Source of the DNA: an uncultured Gemmatimonadaceae bacterium
GTDB lineage: Bacteria; Gemmatimonadota; Gemmatimonadetes; Gemmatimonadales; GWC2-71-9
Assembly (NCBI GenBank): GCA_964578865.1
Contig: CAZOES010000004.1
Coordinates: 12,362 to 76,361 of the forward strand
Direction of reading: 5' to 3'
DNA: 64,000 bases
The notes under the pieces were generated by a model. The model saw only the letters and a program-made list of their open reading frames with translations. It was not told where the DNA came from and did not search any database. Positions within the stretch are counted from its first letter, which is position 1; every line of letters starts with the position of its first letter. Positions 51,414 to 61,170 of this stretch are shown piece by piece. Both the position numbers and the translations under genes were made by a program.

Positions 51414-52583
51414 ATGGCGAGCGGCGAGACGGAACTGGGCGAGCGGAGGGGACTGGTCCCCTGGCCGGTGGGGTTCGGCATCTTCACTCTCATCGGCCTG
51501 GCGTTCGCCTTCTCCGGTTACGCCATGTATGCCGTCAAAGGCGAACCGATTGCTTTCGTGAAGACCCTCTACTGGGGTCTGGCCGAGTGGTGGTTATGGG
51601 CCTTGTTAGCGCCGGGAATCTTCTGGCTGGATCGCGCGGCTCCGCTGGGAAAATCCACCTGGCGCCGTTCCCTTCCGATCCACTTACTGGGTTATCTGGT
51701 GGCGCTGCTGCTGCACGAGACCGGCTACGTGCTCCTGGAGAGGGCCAGTGGCTGGACCATGGTTCCCACCCCGCCATTCGCCCGTCATCTCCTGGTCTTT
51801 GTCAGTAAACGGGCACCGTTCGATTTCCTGGTCTATTGCGTGCTCGTCGGGTCCTCCTGCATGGCCAATATCTACCGCCGTTATCAGGAGCGGGAGCTGC
51901 GAGCCTCCCAGCTGGAGGCCCAGCTGACTAAGGCCCAGCTGGAAGTGCTTCGGAGCCAGCTGCAGCCCCACTTTCTGTTCAACACCCTCAATACCATCTC
52001 CTCGCTGGTCAACAGTGACACCGTCGCAGCCGAGCGGGTGGTCAGCCGCCTGGGCGATCTGCTGCGACTCTCGATGAAGCACACCGGCCAGAATGAACTA
52101 CCCCTCCGCGAGGAGCTGGAGTTTCTGGGTCACTACGTCGATATCCAGCGGAGCCGCTTCCGGGAACGTCTCAATGTCGAATTGAGCGTTCCCAACGAAG
52201 TGCTGGAGGGGATGGTGCCCACTTTCGTTCTCCAGCCCCTGGTGGAGAATGCAGTACGGCACGGCATCGAACCCCGAACCACTCAGGGCCGGGTGCTGGT
52301 CAAAGCCTGGCGGGAGGGCAACCGCCTGATTCTTGAAGTCGCCGACAACGGCCCCGGTCTGGTCGGCCCGGTGAAGGAATCCAACGGCAATGGCCGGGGA
52401 ATCGGTCTGGCGAATACCCGCGCCAGACTGGAGCAACTCTATGGTATGAACCAGTCGATCTCGATCTCCAATCGACCGGAGGGCGGGGTGGTGGTGCGTC
52501 TGGAGGTTCCCTTCCGGGAGTTCGAGGGGCAGCGGACTCCGATCCCCGATCCTCGACTCACGATCCGCAACTCGAATGCCTGA
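51414..52583 (+). CDS. LytS/YehU-type sensor histidine kinase
   Basis: Multi-TM N-terminus. H-box LQPHFLFNTLNTISSL. N-box LVENAVRHGI. G-box VADNGPGL, GIGLANTRARL. Confidence 0.85.
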   Translation: MASGETELGERRGLVPWPVGFGIFTLIGLAFAFSGYAMYAVKGEPIAFVKTLYWGLAEWWLWALLAPGIFWLDRAAPLGKSTWRRSLPIHLLGYLVALLLHETGYVLLERASGWTMVPTPPFARHLLVFVSKRAPFDFLVYCVLVGSSCMANIYRRYQERELRASQLEAQLTKAQLEVLRSQLQPHFLFNTLNTISSLVNSDTVAAERVVSRLGDLLRLSMKHTGQNELPLREELEFLGHYVDIQRSRFRERLNVELSVPNEVLEGMVPTFVLQPLVENAVRHGIEPRTTQGRVLVKAWREGNRLILEVADNGPGLVGPVKESNGNGRGIGLANTRARLEQLYGMNQSISISNRPEGGVVVRLEVPFREFEGQRTPIPDPRLTIRNSNA

Positions 52584-53340
52584 TATTCGCGTCCTCATCG
52601 TGGATGACGAGCCGCCGGCTCGTGAACGGATTCGGGCACTGCTGGCTGACGAATCCGACATCGCCATCGCCGGCGAATGCGAAAGCGGTCTTTCGGCGGT
52701 CGAGTCGATCAAGAATCTCGATCCCGATCTGGTCTTCCTCGATGTGCAGATGCCGGGACTCGATGGATTCGGGGTGGTCGACGCCCTCGGTGAGGCCCTG
52801 CCGGTGCTGGTGTTCGTTACGGCCTACGATGCCTATGCGGTCCGGGCCTTCGAAGTGCACGCGCTCGACTACCTGCTCAAGCCGTTCGACCGGGAACGAT
52901 TCCGGGCCACGCTCGATCGGGCCCGCTCGGTGCTGGCCGAGCGAGCTCCGGTGAATCAGATCGCCGGGGAGGCGGCGCCGATTTCAGAGGCCGATCCCGG
53001 TCGAGCTCCACTCCGACGGATGCTGGCCAAACGGGATGGCCGGCTGATCGTGCTCAAGGTTGCCGAGATCGACTGGATCGAATCTTCGGCCAACTACGCC
53101 TCGCTGCATGTGGGGAAAGAGACCTACCTGGTGCGGGAGACCATGCAATCGCTGGAAGGCCGGCTGGATCAGGCCCAGTTTCTCCGGATTCACCGCTCCA
53201 CCATCGTGAATCTGGACCGGGTCCAGGAGATCGAGCCCTACTTCCACGGGGACTACATCGTACGGCTGGCCGACGGCCAGCGCCTGACACTGTCGCGCAC
53301 TTATCGGGACCGGCTGCAGAAGCATTTCGGCCGGATGTAA
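52576..53340 (+). CDS. LytR/AlgR-family response regulator (REC + LytTR)
   Basis: VLIVDDEPPARER, LDVQMPGLDGF and YLLKP. LytTR segment IDWIESSANYASLHV...HRSTIVNL. 8-nt overlap with the kinase gene. Confidence 0.9.
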   Translation: MPDIRVLIVDDEPPARERIRALLADESDIAIAGECESGLSAVESIKNLDPDLVFLDVQMPGLDGFGVVDALGEALPVLVFVTAYDAYAVRAFEVHALDYLLKPFDRERFRATLDRARSVLAERAPVNQIAGEAAPISEADPGRAPLRRMLAKRDGRLIVLKVAEIDWIESSANYASLHVGKETYLVRETMQSLEGRLDQAQFLRIHRSTIVNLDRVQEIEPYFHGDYIVRLADGQRLTLSRTYRDRLQKHFGRM

Positions 53341-53342
53341 CA

Positions 53343-53416
53343 GCTTCACCGCAGAGAGGCAGAGAACTACCGAGGGCCGCAGAGCTTCCTCCCCTCCGCG
53401 GCCTCTGCGGTGAAGC
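53343..53416. terminator. intergenic palindromic repeat, family B (GCTTCACCGCAGAG..GGC / GCCTCTGCGGTGAAGC)
   Basis: The arms GCTTCACCGCAGAGAGGC (53343-53360) and GCCTCTGCGGTGAAGC (53401-53416) are complementary except for a 2-nt bulge. The element starts 3 nt after the response-regulator stop. Confidence 0.6.
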
Positions 53417-53553
53417 AGTTGCAGTTGCAATCTGAGGATGTCGAACTCCGCCCTGCTCGTCCAATCCCCCGCCAGTGCAGTTCATCCCATCCCGTTAGCC
53501 CGCCGTAGTCCCCCCGAATAGACTGGCCTCCGTCACTCTACGCCGAGGAACCG

Positions 53554-54009
53554 GTGAGTCGGTCTCGAACTGTCAGGTATTTGCTCGCGGCGTCAGTTCT
53601 GATTGGGGTTTCAGCCTGTGGAACCGCGGCGGCCGATAACGGGGACGAGGCTGCTGTCAGGCAGGTGATCACGAGGCTGGACAGTGCCTGGAATTCCAAA
53701 GACAGTCTCGGCGTCGAGAAGGTCCTGGCCCCGACCTACGTCTACTTCTCCTCCAAAGGCGGCATTACGCCTCGAGATCAGGCACTCGGCTTCCTGGTTG
53801 CTCCCCATTACCGGCTGGACTACGCCGACCGTAGTGAAATCGAAGTTCATCTTTTCGGCGCCAGTGCGGTGGTTTCCAGCCGCTGGCGGGGACGCGGCAG
53901 TTGGGAAGGCAAAGAATTCGTTGACGACCAGCGCTGCAGTCTGACGCTGGGTTGGAATTCGGCCGGCTGGCAGGTCCTGAGCGAGCACTGCACCCAGATC
54001 GAAAGCTGA
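53554..54009 (+). CDS. NTF2-like (SnoaL/DUF4440-type) exported protein
   Basis: 151 aa. Lipoprotein-like signal VLIGVSAC. AVRQVITRLDSAWNSKD...WRGRGSW...CSLTLGWNSAGWQVLSEHCT has the cone-fold pattern of DUF4440/SnoaL-like domains. Confidence 0.65.
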   Translation: MSRSRTVRYLLAASVLIGVSACGTAAADNGDEAAVRQVITRLDSAWNSKDSLGVEKVLAPTYVYFSSKGGITPRDQALGFLVAPHYRLDYADRSEIEVHLFGASAVVSSRWRGRGSWEGKEFVDDQRCSLTLGWNSAGWQVLSEHCTQIES

Positions 54010-54062
54010 TTCGGCCGCGGCATTTTCAGACCGTGGCACTCACCCTGAACGTTGAGGCGCAC

Positions 54063-54518
54063 ATGTTCTCCAAGGTTCTCTGGTCCACTGCGCTGGTACT
54101 GCTCGGCGCGGGTCTCTCTCATCTGGGCTCGCTGGCCGCGCGCTCGTCTGACGAGCAGGAGGTTCGCGGGGCGCTGCAGCACTACATCAACGGGCATGCC
54201 ACCGGATCAGCCGACGAGTTTCGGGCCGCGATGTATCCCCAGGGCACCATGAACTTCATTCGCGACGGGAAGTTCACTCAGATCAGGCTGGAGGAATACA
54301 TCGCCCGGGCAGCCGCTGGTTCTGGCAAGCCCGCGGCTGATGAGGCCAAGCGGAAGCGGCGGATCGACCTGGTGGACGTCACCGGAGATGCCGCGATCGG
54401 CAAGATCACGCTGGATTATCCCGATGCGGTGATCACCGACTACATGGAACTGCTCAAGATCGATGGCAAGTGGCAGATCGTGGCCAAGAGCTTCACCCGC
54501 AAAGTGCCGGCTACCTGA
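54063..54518 (+). CDS. NTF2-like (putative lumazine-binding type) exported protein
   Basis: The ORF track start is 53952. The ATG at 54063 gives signal [47 protein letters not shown]...[19 protein letters not shown] resembles the nuclear-transport-factor-2 superfamily. Confidence 0.6.
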   Translation: MFSKVLWSTALVLLGAGLSHLGSLAARSSDEQEVRGALQHYINGHATGSADEFRAAMYPQGTMNFIRDGKFTQIRLEEYIARAAAGSGKPAADEAKRKRRIDLVDVTGDAAIGKITLDYPDAVITDYMELLKIDGKWQIVAKSFTRKVPAT

Positions 54519-54970
54519 TGCTGAAGCTGACCATCAATGGTCGACCCCAGACCCTCGACGTTGGGCCGGACATGCCGTTGTTGTGGGCGCTGCGTGACGT
54601 CGCGGGTCTCACCGGGACCAAATACGGCTGCGGCGTGGGTCTCTGCGGCGCCTGCACGGTGCATGTCGACGGGAAGGCGGTGCGGTCCTGCCAGCTGCCC
54701 GCCGGTCAGGTGGTCGGTAAGAAAGTCACTACAATCGAAGGGCTCTCGGCCGACGGCAGTCACCCGGTGCAGAAGGCCTGGGTGGCCGAGGATGTGCCCC
54801 AGTGCGGGTACTGTCAGGCGGGCCAGATCATGACGGCTGCGGCACTGCTCCAAGAAACCCCCAAGCCGACCGCGGCCCAGATCGATTCCGCCATGGCGGG
54901 GAATCTCTGCCGCTGCGGGACCTACCAGCGGATCCGGAAAGCCATCGACCGCGCGGCGGCCGGCAAATGA
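54518..54970 (+). CDS. (2Fe-2S)-binding small subunit of a molybdenum hydroxylase (IorA-type)
   Basis: The ATG shares one base with the upstream TGA (TGATG). Cluster motifs [26 protein letters not shown] and [11 protein letters not shown]. Confidence 0.9.
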   Translation: MLKLTINGRPQTLDVGPDMPLLWALRDVAGLTGTKYGCGVGLCGACTVHVDGKAVRSCQLPAGQVVGKKVTTIEGLSADGSHPVQKAWVAEDVPQCGYCQAGQIMTAAALLQETPKPTAAQIDSAMAGNLCRCGTYQRIRKAIDRAAAGK

Positions 54971-57090
54971 GCTCCACACTCTCGCGCCGGGAGTTCGTCC
55001 AGAGCGCGGCGGTGGCCTCGCTGGTGGTGGCGATCCCCGGCAGTCGCATTCGCATGGGGGAGGCGGCTGACGATGCCGTCAGCTTCACTCCAACGCCGTA
55101 TCTCGAGATCGATTCCCGGGGCGACGTGTCGATCCGCGGCTTCCGGATGGAAATGGGGCAGGGGATCCACACCGGCTTGGCGATCCTGGTGGCCGAAGAG
55201 CTGGAAGCTGACTGGAACCGAGTCAAGGTTGTACCGGCGGTCGCCGATCCCCGTCTCGATATGTCTACCGCCGGGAGCCGGAGCATCCGGAGCCAGTTTG
55301 TGCCGGTGCGAACCGCGGCGGCAGCCGCGAAAGAGATGCTGCTGACTGCCGCGGCACAGACGTGGAATGTGAGTCCCGACTCGCTCCAGGCTCAGAACAA
55401 CGCGATTCTGCATCCCCCCACCAGGCGCCGAGCCGGTTACGGAGAATTGGTCGCCTACGCTGCAACGCTCCCCGTACCTGCTGCTCCAAAACTCAAGGCC
55501 GCTTCCTCGTTCCGGCTGATTGGCAAACGGATTCCCCGGGTCGATACCCCGGTGAAGGTCAATGGCCGAGCCGAGTTTGGAATGGATGTGCGGGTGACCG
55601 GAATGCGGTATGCGGTGCTGGTGCGCTCCCCAGTGATAGCCGGCGAACTGGATCGGTTCGAAGATTCCGGGGCCATGGCGGTCGGGGGTGTCGAACAGGT
55701 TGTGAAGGTGGAAAACGCCGTGGCAGTGGTGGCCAACAGCACCTGGGCGGCACTGGAAGGGGCTCAACGGGTGAAGGCCTTCTGGAAAGAATCGGCCAAC
55801 GCCAAACTCTCCAGTACCTCGATCAGTCAGGGCCTACGGGAGAGGAGCAAGGGTTCTGCGGTGGTGCACCGCAGCGAAGGAGATCCCTTCGTGGTGCTCC
55901 CCGATGCCCGGCGTCACTCGGCGGAGTACGAGGTGCCCTACCTCGCACACGCGACAATGGAACCTCAGAACTGCACCGCCGATATCCGGGCCGACCGGGC
56001 CGAACTGTGGATACCGACTCAGAACCCTCAGCGGGGGATCGATGTAACCAGGGAGCTCACCGGTCTTCCGGTCGAAAAGATTCTGGTGCATCCCACCTAC
56101 CTGGGCGGCGGTTTCGGCCGGCGCGGCCAGGGCGACTTCATCCGGGAAGCGGTGCTGCTCTCCAAGACGATCGGTCTCCCGGTGCAGGTCGTATGGACCC
56201 GGGAAGACGACATGAGGCACGATCTCTACCGTCCAGCCACCTATAATCGTTTCGAAGCCGCACTCGATTCCGAGGGGAAACCGGTCGTCTGGTATCACAT
56301 CATCGCCGGGCAATCGCTGCGCGCCCGGGTCGGTCCACTGGTCGACGGGGTCGATCCCAGCATGGTAGAGGGGGCAGCCAATCTTCCCTATTCGATTCCC
56401 AATATCCGGGTGGAGTACTGCAGACTCGATGTTCCGATTCCCGTGGGTGCCTGGCGCTCGGTGGGCAGTTCTCAGAACGCCTTCGTAGTCGAGGGCTTCA
56501 TGGACGAGCTGGCGATCCTGGCGGGAGCCGATCCCTTCGAGTATCGCCGTAAGTACCTTGCTGATCCGCGGGCCCGACGAGTACTGGAGCTTGCGGCCGA
56601 GAAGGCCGCTTGGGGTACCCCGCTACCGAAGGGTCGTTATCGGGGGATTGCCTACGCCGCCAGTTACGGCAGCTTCGCTGCCCAGGTGGCCGAAGTGTCG
56701 GTCGACGGTGAGCAGGTGCGGGTGCATCGGGTGGTGTGTGCCCTCGACTGCGGCCAGGTGGTCAACCTCGACTCGGTAGAAGCCCAGATCGAAGGCGCCA
56801 TCGTCTATGGATTGACCGCCGCGCTCTACGGAGAGATCACCCTGGAGGGTGGTCAGGTCCAGCAGGGCAATTTCGACAGCTATCCGATTCTGCGGATGCC
56901 GGAAATGCCCCGGGTCGAGGTGTACGTGATTCCCAGCGCCGAAGCTCCGGGCGGAGTGGGGGAGCCGGGCACCCCGCCGATCGCGCCGGCGGTGGTCAAT
57001 GCCATCTTTCAGGCTACGGGGAAGCGACTGCGGCGACTGCCGATTCGATTGGGAGGTTCAGGCCTCAGCCGGGCCTCATCAGGCGATTGA
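54967..57090 (+). CDS. molybdopterin-binding large subunit of aldehyde/isoquinoline oxidoreductase type (IorB-like), Tat-exported or membrane-associated
   Basis: ATGA overlap with the small subunit. Twin-arginine-like N-terminus [21 protein letters not shown]. Size (707 aa) and motifs GGGFGRRG and [16 protein letters not shown] are typical of xanthine dehydrogenase family Moco subunits. Confidence 0.85.
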   Translation: MSSTLSRREFVQSAAVASLVVAIPGSRIRMGEAADDAVSFTPTPYLEIDSRGDVSIRGFRMEMGQGIHTGLAILVAEELEADWNRVKVVPAVADPRLDMSTAGSRSIRSQFVPVRTAAAAAKEMLLTAAAQTWNVSPDSLQAQNNAILHPPTRRRAGYGELVAYAATLPVPAAPKLKAASSFRLIGKRIPRVDTPVKVNGRAEFGMDVRVTGMRYAVLVRSPVIAGELDRFEDSGAMAVGGVEQVVKVENAVAVVANSTWAALEGAQRVKAFWKESANAKLSSTSISQGLRERSKGSAVVHRSEGDPFVVLPDARRHSAEYEVPYLAHATMEPQNCTADIRADRAELWIPTQNPQRGIDVTRELTGLPVEKILVHPTYLGGGFGRRGQGDFIREAVLLSKTIGLPVQVVWTREDDMRHDLYRPATYNRFEAALDSEGKPVVWYHIIAGQSLRARVGPLVDGVDPSMVEGAANLPYSIPNIRVEYCRLDVPIPVGAWRSVGSSQNAFVVEGFMDELAILAGADPFEYRRKYLADPRARRVLELAAEKAAWGTPLPKGRYRGIAYAASYGSFAAQVAEVSVDGEQVRVHRVVCALDCGQVVNLDSVEAQIEGAIVYGLTAALYGEITLEGGQVQQGNFDSYPILRMPEMPRVEVYVIPSAEAPGGVGEPGTPPIAPAVVNAIFQATGKRLRRLPIRLGGSGLSRASSGD

Positions 57091-59217
57091 AGGCCATAGC
57101 GACAATCGGCTGGGGCCATTCGGCAGCACTTCTCCCGGTGTAACAGTCGGGTGCCAGCCGGCCTCGAGAGCCAGGCTGAGTGCCTGGACGGGGGCGGAGT
57201 CGAACTTGGTTCCGACGTTCTCCCGCAAGTAGGCTAGCGACCGCTCGGTGGTCCAGGCTGCCCGGTAGGGTCGCTCCGAGACCAGAGCATCGAACACGTC
57301 AGCCACGGTCATGATCCGCACCAGCATCGGGATCTGCTCGCCCGAGAGTCCGTGGGGATAGCCCGATCCATCCAGGAGTTCGTGGTGATGCAATACCAGC
57401 GGCAACGCCGACCGGAATGCGCCGATCGGGGTGAGAATCCGGGTGCCGATCACCGGGTGCTGCTTGATCAGATCGTACTCTTCCTGACTGAGCTTGCCCG
57501 GCTTGTCGAGAATGCCGGAGGGAATACCCACTTTCCCGACGTCGTGCAGTAACCCACCCCGGTGGAGCAGCAGGATGTCGTCCTCGGTAAGGTTCATCCG
57601 CCGCCCGATTTCCATCGCGCCCAAGGTGACTCGCTCGGAATGACCGGCGGTCCAGGGCGACACCGCATCGATGGCCCGGGCCAGGGCGGTCAGAGCGCCC
57701 CAGCTCAGGTCGTCCAGCTGAGTCACCAGCTGGGTGTTGGAGAGGGCCAGGGCAATCTCCGCCGCAGTCTGGCGATTCCGGATTGCCTCATCCGCGGGCT
57801 TCAAGCGCTGGGAGTTTCCCGTCACCACCAGCGCGCCGGTGAGGTTACCCTGCCAGCGAAGTGGCAGGATCATCGCTCGCTCATTCAGCTCCCGCTCCAC
57901 CCCAAAACCAAACCAGGTAGGCGCGCTGCTGCCGGAGAAGAGGGAGCCTCCCTCGGGATTCTCCTGGAGCCACCGGAGCTCCGCGCTGAGGGGGCGAACT
58001 TCCCGTGGAGCCCTCTCAATTCCTTCGTTCCGGCCCCACACCACGGTCCAACGATCAGGCTCCTCGGTTCCCGCCAGCGCAATTCCGATCGAAGTACCCG
58101 GAAGAATGGAGCTTTGGTTCGCAATCAGAGTGTTGATCACCGCCTCGGCACCGGTCGCGCCGAGGGCCGCCTCGTGAATTCGGGCCAGCCCGTTCTGATA
58201 GCGGAATTGATACCCCAGGTCGCCCGCCATGCGGTTGAAAGAGTCGGCCAGCGATTCGAATTCGTCGCGACTCTTTACCGTGACCGGCTGGTCGAATCGC
58301 CCCTCGGCCAGCTTTCTGGTGCCTGCTTCAAGGGCTTCCAGAGGCTGGGTGCTTCGGCGGATCTGTATGTGGGCCAGCACGAAGACAATTAGTAAGGCCA
58401 ACGCCAACCCTGCGACGAAGATCCGCTGTAGCGACGCGAGCGGCGCCGAAACGACCCGGTCGGAAACGCTTAGCGTCAAAGTCCAGGCGGGCGCTCCGTA
58501 TGCCCGTTTGAGAAAGAGCGTCCAACTGGCAGCCAGGAACTCTCCACTCCCATTGCGCCAACGAAACGCGGGGTTGTTGCGGGGGGTCTGTTGGGGCGCC
58601 TCGCCCTCTGGGCAGGAAAGCGACTCACCGGTCTCAGTGGTAAGACATACCTGCATCCCCGCTGGAGCCACACTGCTGCTGGGGTCGGTTCCAAAAAGTG
58701 ATCGCCGAAGGACGTTGCCCCAGAGCTGGTGGTCGGGAAGCTGGTCGAGGGCGCGAACCAGGAAGACCTCGGTACCCCGCGCACTCGAACCCCAGGTCAG
58801 CAGCGCCTCGCCATGGGCTAAGTGGGCGCGCTGTTCGTCGGAAAGGGGAGGAAGTGAGGGAAACTCACCGACCCCATGGAGGACGTCACCACTGGGCCCA
58901 ACGATGGCCATAGCGCGAAATCGAGGGCCCACAGTGGCAGCGGTGTCGAGGATCGATGCGGGAATGACCGGGTCCGAACCCAGCTGATTCCCGGTGGCCT
59001 TAAGCATGGTCGAGAGTGAGGCCACACGATCCAGCAGCATCATGCCGGACGTCTTGGTTTGCTCCCGGAGTCTCGCTCGATTGATACTCTCCAAGTCGTC
59101 GGCCACGTGCTGGTATCCCAGGGTGGCCAGGACGACGAGCGGAAATACCGCGCAAAAGAGAAACAGCAGGAGGATGCGGCGACCGACTCTAGTCCGGAGA
59201 AAAGGTGAGCCGGCCAT
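57079..59217 (-). CDS. membrane sensor protein with HAMP, GAF and HD-GYP (c-di-GMP phosphodiesterase-type) domains
   Basis: N-terminal TM, a periplasmic region of about 230 aa, a second TM, a HAMP-like linker, a GAF-like middle region, and a C-terminal HD-GYP domain: LLHDVGKVGIP and HHHELLDGSGYPHGL. The 3' end overlaps the convergent iorB-like gene by 12 nt. Confidence 0.88.
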   Translation of the reverse strand: MAGSPFLRTRVGRRILLLFLFCAVFPLVVLATLGYQHVADDLESINRARLREQTKTSGMMLLDRVASLSTMLKATGNQLGSDPVIPASILDTAATVGPRFRAMAIVGPSGDVLHGVGEFPSLPPLSDEQRAHLAHGEALLTWGSSARGTEVFLVRALDQLPDHQLWGNVLRRSLFGTDPSSSVAPAGMQVCLTTETGESLSCPEGEAPQQTPRNNPAFRWRNGSGEFLAASWTLFLKRAYGAPAWTLTLSVSDRVVSAPLASLQRIFVAGLALALLIVFVLAHIQIRRSTQPLEALEAGTRKLAEGRFDQPVTVKSRDEFESLADSFNRMAGDLGYQFRYQNGLARIHEAALGATGAEAVINTLIANQSSILPGTSIGIALAGTEEPDRWTVVWGRNEGIERAPREVRPLSAELRWLQENPEGGSLFSGSSAPTWFGFGVERELNERAMILPLRWQGNLTGALVVTGNSQRLKPADEAIRNRQTAAEIALALSNTQLVTQLDDLSWGALTALARAIDAVSPWTAGHSERVTLGAMEIGRRMNLTEDDILLLHRGGLLHDVGKVGIPSGILDKPGKLSQEEYDLIKQHPVIGTRILTPIGAFRSALPLVLHHHELLDGSGYPHGLSGEQIPMLVRIMTVADVFDALVSERPYRAAWTTERSLAYLRENVGTKFDSAPVQALSLALEAGWHPTVTPGEVLPNGPSRLSLWPSIA

Positions 59218-59223
59218 TGTGAC

Positions 59224-59730
59224 TCAGAAGTCGGAGGCGAGGCCGATGAAGCCGCCGTCGTTGGCTCTGACTATGTCGTCGGCGCTGCTGTTCGCGGTGA
59301 ATGGAAGAGCAGATTGGCCGTCGGGCCCGGTGCTATAGAGATCGAAGGTGGAGTTGACTGGCACCAGGAACCGGTCGCGCCGGGCTCCGGGAGGATTCCC
59401 ATTACTCGCGGGGAAGCGATAGTACACGTAGGGATTGCCCCAGGGATCCAGCATGCCCGCTCGGCCAATGCCGGAGAGATCGGCGGGGAGACCCTGGTTC
59501 CCCGCCTCCAGCGCCATCAAATCCCACTGGATGGCGTTGATATCGCCGATCGCTTTGGTAACCTTGGCCTTCTCCAGGAATCGCTTCAGCTCCGGAATCC
59601 CAATACCGACAAGCAGGGCAATGATCATGAATACGGCAAGCATCTCGATCAGGGTAAAGCCAGCAGCGCCTCGGCATTTGGCCGAGTTGCTCCGGGCAGT
59701 GCAATGATCGGGGGACACCTGGCTGTCCAT
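59224..59730 (-). CDS. type II secretion major pseudopilin GspG-like protein (prepilin-type N-terminal methylation domain)
   Basis: The ORF track start is 59787. The ATG at 59730 is preferred. Processing and methylation site G/FTLIEMLAVFMIIALLVGIGIP. GspG-like core DPWGNPYVYY...YSTGPDG. The 24-aa leader is unusually long. Ends 6 nt before the HD-GYP gene start. Confidence 0.8.
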   Translation of the reverse strand: MDSQVSPDHCTARSNSAKCRGAAGFTLIEMLAVFMIIALLVGIGIPELKRFLEKAKVTKAIGDINAIQWDLMALEAGNQGLPADLSGIGRAGMLDPWGNPYVYYRFPASNGNPPGARRDRFLVPVNSTFDLYSTGPDGQSALPFTANSSADDIVRANDGGFIGLASDF

Positions 59731-59993
59731 AGTGACCGATTCTTTAGCAATCAGAGTGCCACGCGTAAACTTTTGTTTTACAAACACTTAGCTTCTTTGG
59801 TGTTAGCCGCGTCCACAGTTATTGCCAATCACTGGTCATTATCGGCTGGATTCGGCTATCGTGTGATCCCTGAATCATTTATGAAGGGCGCGGGGCGGAG
59901 GGGCTTGTGGCTACCTGGCGCGAAAGCGGCAAAGTCTTGACTGGTCAAACCAAGCGCATGAACTTGACTCCATACCCGCAAAGGAAATTGGTC

Positions 59994-60464
59994 ATGCTGC
60001 GTCGTCTGGCCCTTCCAGCACTTGTTGTCATCGCTGCCTGTTCCGGCAACGATCAAACCGGCCCCCAGACTCTGTCCCTGAACGGTACCTGGCGGCAGAG
60101 CGGTGACCTCCGCGAAGCAGCCACCGGCGACCGCCACATCAACCTGGGCAGCTTCGCCCTGGCCCAGTCGGCCGGCGAGGATTTCGGTGGCACCGGGTCT
60201 CAGGGCATCGACGCCTACTGCACCACTGCCAATTCCACTAAGTACACCGGGCCACTGGCTGATCCGGTTGCTTTCGACATCGCCGGCAAACTGGACGGCC
60301 GGACGGTGACGTTCACCCGGGCCGATCAGGTTGCGTCCTGTGAGTACACTGGAAGCTTTGTGGCGGGGAACAACAAGCGGATGACCGGTACTGCCACCTG
60401 CAGCTACACCAAAGACAACGTGCTGCACACCTTCACCGGTCAGTGGCAGGCGGATAAGCAGTAA
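59994..60464 (+). CDS. hypothetical lipoprotein
   Basis: The ORF track start is 59907. The ATG at 59994 has an AAGGA SD 8 nt upstream and gives the lipobox MLRRLALPALVVIAAC. The mature protein has 3 further Cys (YC, SC, TC). No family recognised. Confidence 0.55.
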   Translation: MLRRLALPALVVIAACSGNDQTGPQTLSLNGTWRQSGDLREAATGDRHINLGSFALAQSAGEDFGGTGSQGIDAYCTTANSTKYTGPLADPVAFDIAGKLDGRTVTFTRADQVASCEYTGSFVAGNNKRMTGTATCSYTKDNVLHTFTGQWQADKQ

Positions 60465-60488
60465 GGCGCCGTGTGGATGGGGCGAGAT

Positions 60489-60576
60489 GTCGTCCCGAGA
60501 CGAACGAAGTGAAGTCGAGGGATCTCAAATCGTCACAGTTTGAGATCCCTCGTTCGTTTCACTCACTCGGGACGAC
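60489..60576. repeat. intergenic palindromic repeat, family A (GTCGTCCCGAG ... CTCGGGACGAC) between convergent genes
   Basis: Outer stem GTCGTCCCGAG (60489-60499) / CTCGGGACGAC (60566-60576). Inner perfect 14-bp stem CGAGGGATCTCAAA (60516-60529) / TTTGAGATCCCTCG (60539-60552). There is an asymmetric internal loop. Related to 49354-49443. Confidence 0.75.
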
Positions 60577-60592
60577 ACTCGCGGCGTAGTCC

Positions 60593-61117
60593 TCAGAACC
60601 GCGGCACCCCGTACAACTCGTACACCCCACTCTCCATCCAGTTGTAGAACCGGTTGACCCGTTCCTCCAACGTGTCCGACACCGCTACCGCCGGACAGTT
60701 GCTGTAGGAACCCCAGCTCCCACCGCCGGCCGCGATCACCGCCTCGACGAATGCGACACAGTTGTGAGGTAAGACGCCCCAGAGCCAGGTGTCGGCCAGA
60801 CGATTCTCGATGAATTCGCGGGCCCCGGCGGGATTGGGGAGCGCGACTTTTCTACGGCGGAGTTCGGTCTTACCGCAGGAGGTGAGATAGCGGCGGTAGC
60901 CGGCATCATCCATGTACATCGGATATCCCAGGGTCTTGCCCAGACCCTTACCGCCGGGGTCTCCCACCGCGTGGAAGTAGTACCCGCCCTTGGCATCATA
61001 GACCAGCAGATGGCCGCAGACATTGGGGCCGTCGCCGCTTACCGCTACCACGTAGGTGTCGGTGAAATCGGGCTGCACGATCCCGCAAGCCAGCAGAACT
61101 TCGCCTTCGTACGGCAT
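60593..61117 (-). CDS. hypothetical protein, possible permuted papain-fold (PPPDE/LRAT/NlpC-P60-like) Cys/His enzyme
   Basis: The ORF track start is 61153 (GTG). The ATG at 61117 has an AGAGGA SD. No signal peptide. The early His context NVCGHLLVYDAKGGYYFH and the late Cys context LPHNCVAFVEAVI resemble the His...NC(x)HF arrangement of PPPDE/LRAT-type enzymes. The family call is tentative. Confidence 0.35.
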   Translation of the reverse strand: MPYEGEVLLACGIVQPDFTDTYVVAVSGDGPNVCGHLLVYDAKGGYYFHAVGDPGGKGLGKTLGYPMYMDDAGYRRYLTSCGKTELRRRKVALPNPAGAREFIENRLADTWLWGVLPHNCVAFVEAVIAAGGGSWGSYSNCPAVAVSDTLEERVNRFYNWMESGVYELYGVPRF

Positions 61118-61170
61118 AGGTCCTCTTGAGGTGTCCGGACCCTTTAGACGCACCGACCGGGCTCAGATTC

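Noticed and set aside
59994-61117. Interpreting the lipoprotein (59994-60464) and the papain-like protein (60593-61117) as a bona fide effector/immunity pair.
   Set aside because: The genes are convergent rather than co-directional and are separated by a structured repeat. No secretion-system or Rhs/VgrG/PAAR context is present. The idea is retained only as a weak hypothesis inside a broader finding.
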